A stretch of DNA of 63,988 nucleotides, counting the filler, from Perkinsus olseni (lineage: Eukaryota), in the NCBI GenBank assembly GCA_013115125.1. It is 3 parts of 3 records of this genome, joined end to end, with 100 filler letters (N's around TTAATTAATTAA, not from the genome) between each part and the next. Parts side by side here need not be neighbours in the genome. Positions count along the whole stretch, not along the records: positions 47,189 to 63,988 come from JABANN010000669.1; 2 more parts are not named here. One strand, 5' to 3'. The position numbers and the translations under genes were made by a program. The notes under the pieces were generated by a model. That model searched no databases. It worked only from the letters and a program-made list of their open reading frames with translations, and had not been told where the DNA came from. This document shows, one piece after another, positions 62,802-63,988 of the stretch (positions within the stretch are counted from its first letter, which is position 1; each line of letters starts with the position of its first letter).

Positions 62802-63988
62802 TGATGTTTTAGATACTCCTCCCTTTGTTTGGTTCCCATCAATCTCCCCTGCCATCCTCCTCTCAGGCTCGACCCGTCGATTATTCTGTTGGTAGTGCAG
62901 GACAGGTAAGACCCTCCAGCTGCCCCCTCTCCCCGGTCGTCTCGAGTGGTGAACATCTCCTGACTATGAAGGCAGCGGCAACATGTGCATGGATGAACAG
63001 TGCTTCTAGCTGCTCTCTCTGTGGTGTTGGTCAGTTGGGAATCAGTCTATCAGTGCGGGAGGGTAGCATAGCTTCTTTCGGCTTCCCTTACGCACAGTAG
63101 ATATTCTGAGGCTTGTGCGCCAAACTTCCGTGCAGCATGGCCTCTATTGCCGATCTCGTGCTGCATCACTAGACCTCTAGGCGGGCGTTCGGAGGATTGT
63201 AGGCTAGTATGAGTGGTGGTAATCACCGTCGCCTTGGGTGGTGGAAGTTTGAACAACCGTTGTTGACTCACTCGAGGGCATGTCGGCTCCACCGACCGCC
63301 GAGGTTACAGCACTAAAGGCGGAGCCTTTCATAAATGACGGTAAGGAGGCAGTGTGAGCGACGGAAGGCTGATAGACCATCGACTATCGTTCGGCGCTTT
63401 CATGGCTTGCAGTAGAGTTCTGTCTGTAGCGCGAGAAATACAAGCAAGTTAGGCCACTACGTGGCTGCAGCAGTAGCGGCACCAGTCAGGGATGGAGGCA
63501 GCCCTCAGATACTGTATCAGTACTTGAACGGTTCGACCGCCGCTGTTGCTGCCACGTGGCATAGTGGCCTCATTCCTGCATGTTGCCTCTCCTCTCGTCA
63601 CACACCGTATAACCGTTGTGTATTGTCTTGCGAAAATCCACCCAAACTCGCTCTATTCCCCTCGCTGATATTTTCTCTCTTTTGTGTGCAGTTCGTCTGG
63701 AGGCCAACAACGGCCTAGAAACAACACTGCCGCTCGCGGCTGGTGATGAGGACACTGTCCTGTACCCCGCATTCGATGAGGGAGATGAATCCAACTGTAA
63801 GGAAACCCCCGTCGGTGCCTGTTGATGGTCATTCCTCGTTCAGCTATCGAGGCCTTGCGAGTCCAGATCACGGCCCTCCAGGACCGTGGGTCTCCGGCTT
63901 CACCGTCTGAAGGCACCCTAGTGGTTGTCTTGGTTAGGTATCAAGTGGCTGGAGGAAGGGCAGCGGAAGTCCCTGGAACTCCGTAAGA

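Overview
Eukaryotic, gene-dense, intron-rich protist DNA. Gene content and style suggest an alveolate such as Perkinsus; this is inference, not verified. The window is three contigs joined by artificial 100-bp N44-TTAATTAATTAA-N44 linkers (23507-23606, 47089-47188), so adjacency across them is not guaranteed. Recognisable genes: Pex23/Pex30-like DysF protein, PEX13-like, SNAP-25-like SNARE, two tandem intronless NADP-IDH copies, a divergent TBP, betaine-aldehyde/ALDH9-type dehydrogenase, MetRS with an eEF1B-like N-terminal domain, radial spoke protein 3, GPR107/108-like 7TM protein, dual-specificity phosphatase, hnRNP U-like SPRY protein, a helical-repeat protein, REI1/ZNF622, prenylcysteine oxidase-like and a USP deubiquitinase. 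Most notable: (1) an uninterrupted HUH-endonuclease + SF3-helicase (rolling-circle Rep) ORF at 61476-62801, in a ~6-kb region of unrecognised ORFs that starts with a perfect double hairpin, a candidate Rep-driven mobile element or endogenous ssDNA virus; (2) a ~0.7-kb hairpin-dense segment with many G-U pairs inside a 3.3-kb intron of the hnRNP U-like gene; (3) three short highly iterated motifs, plus tRNA T-arm/B-box motifs near the 5' ends of several introns. Boundaries of multi-exon genes were read by eye and are approximate.
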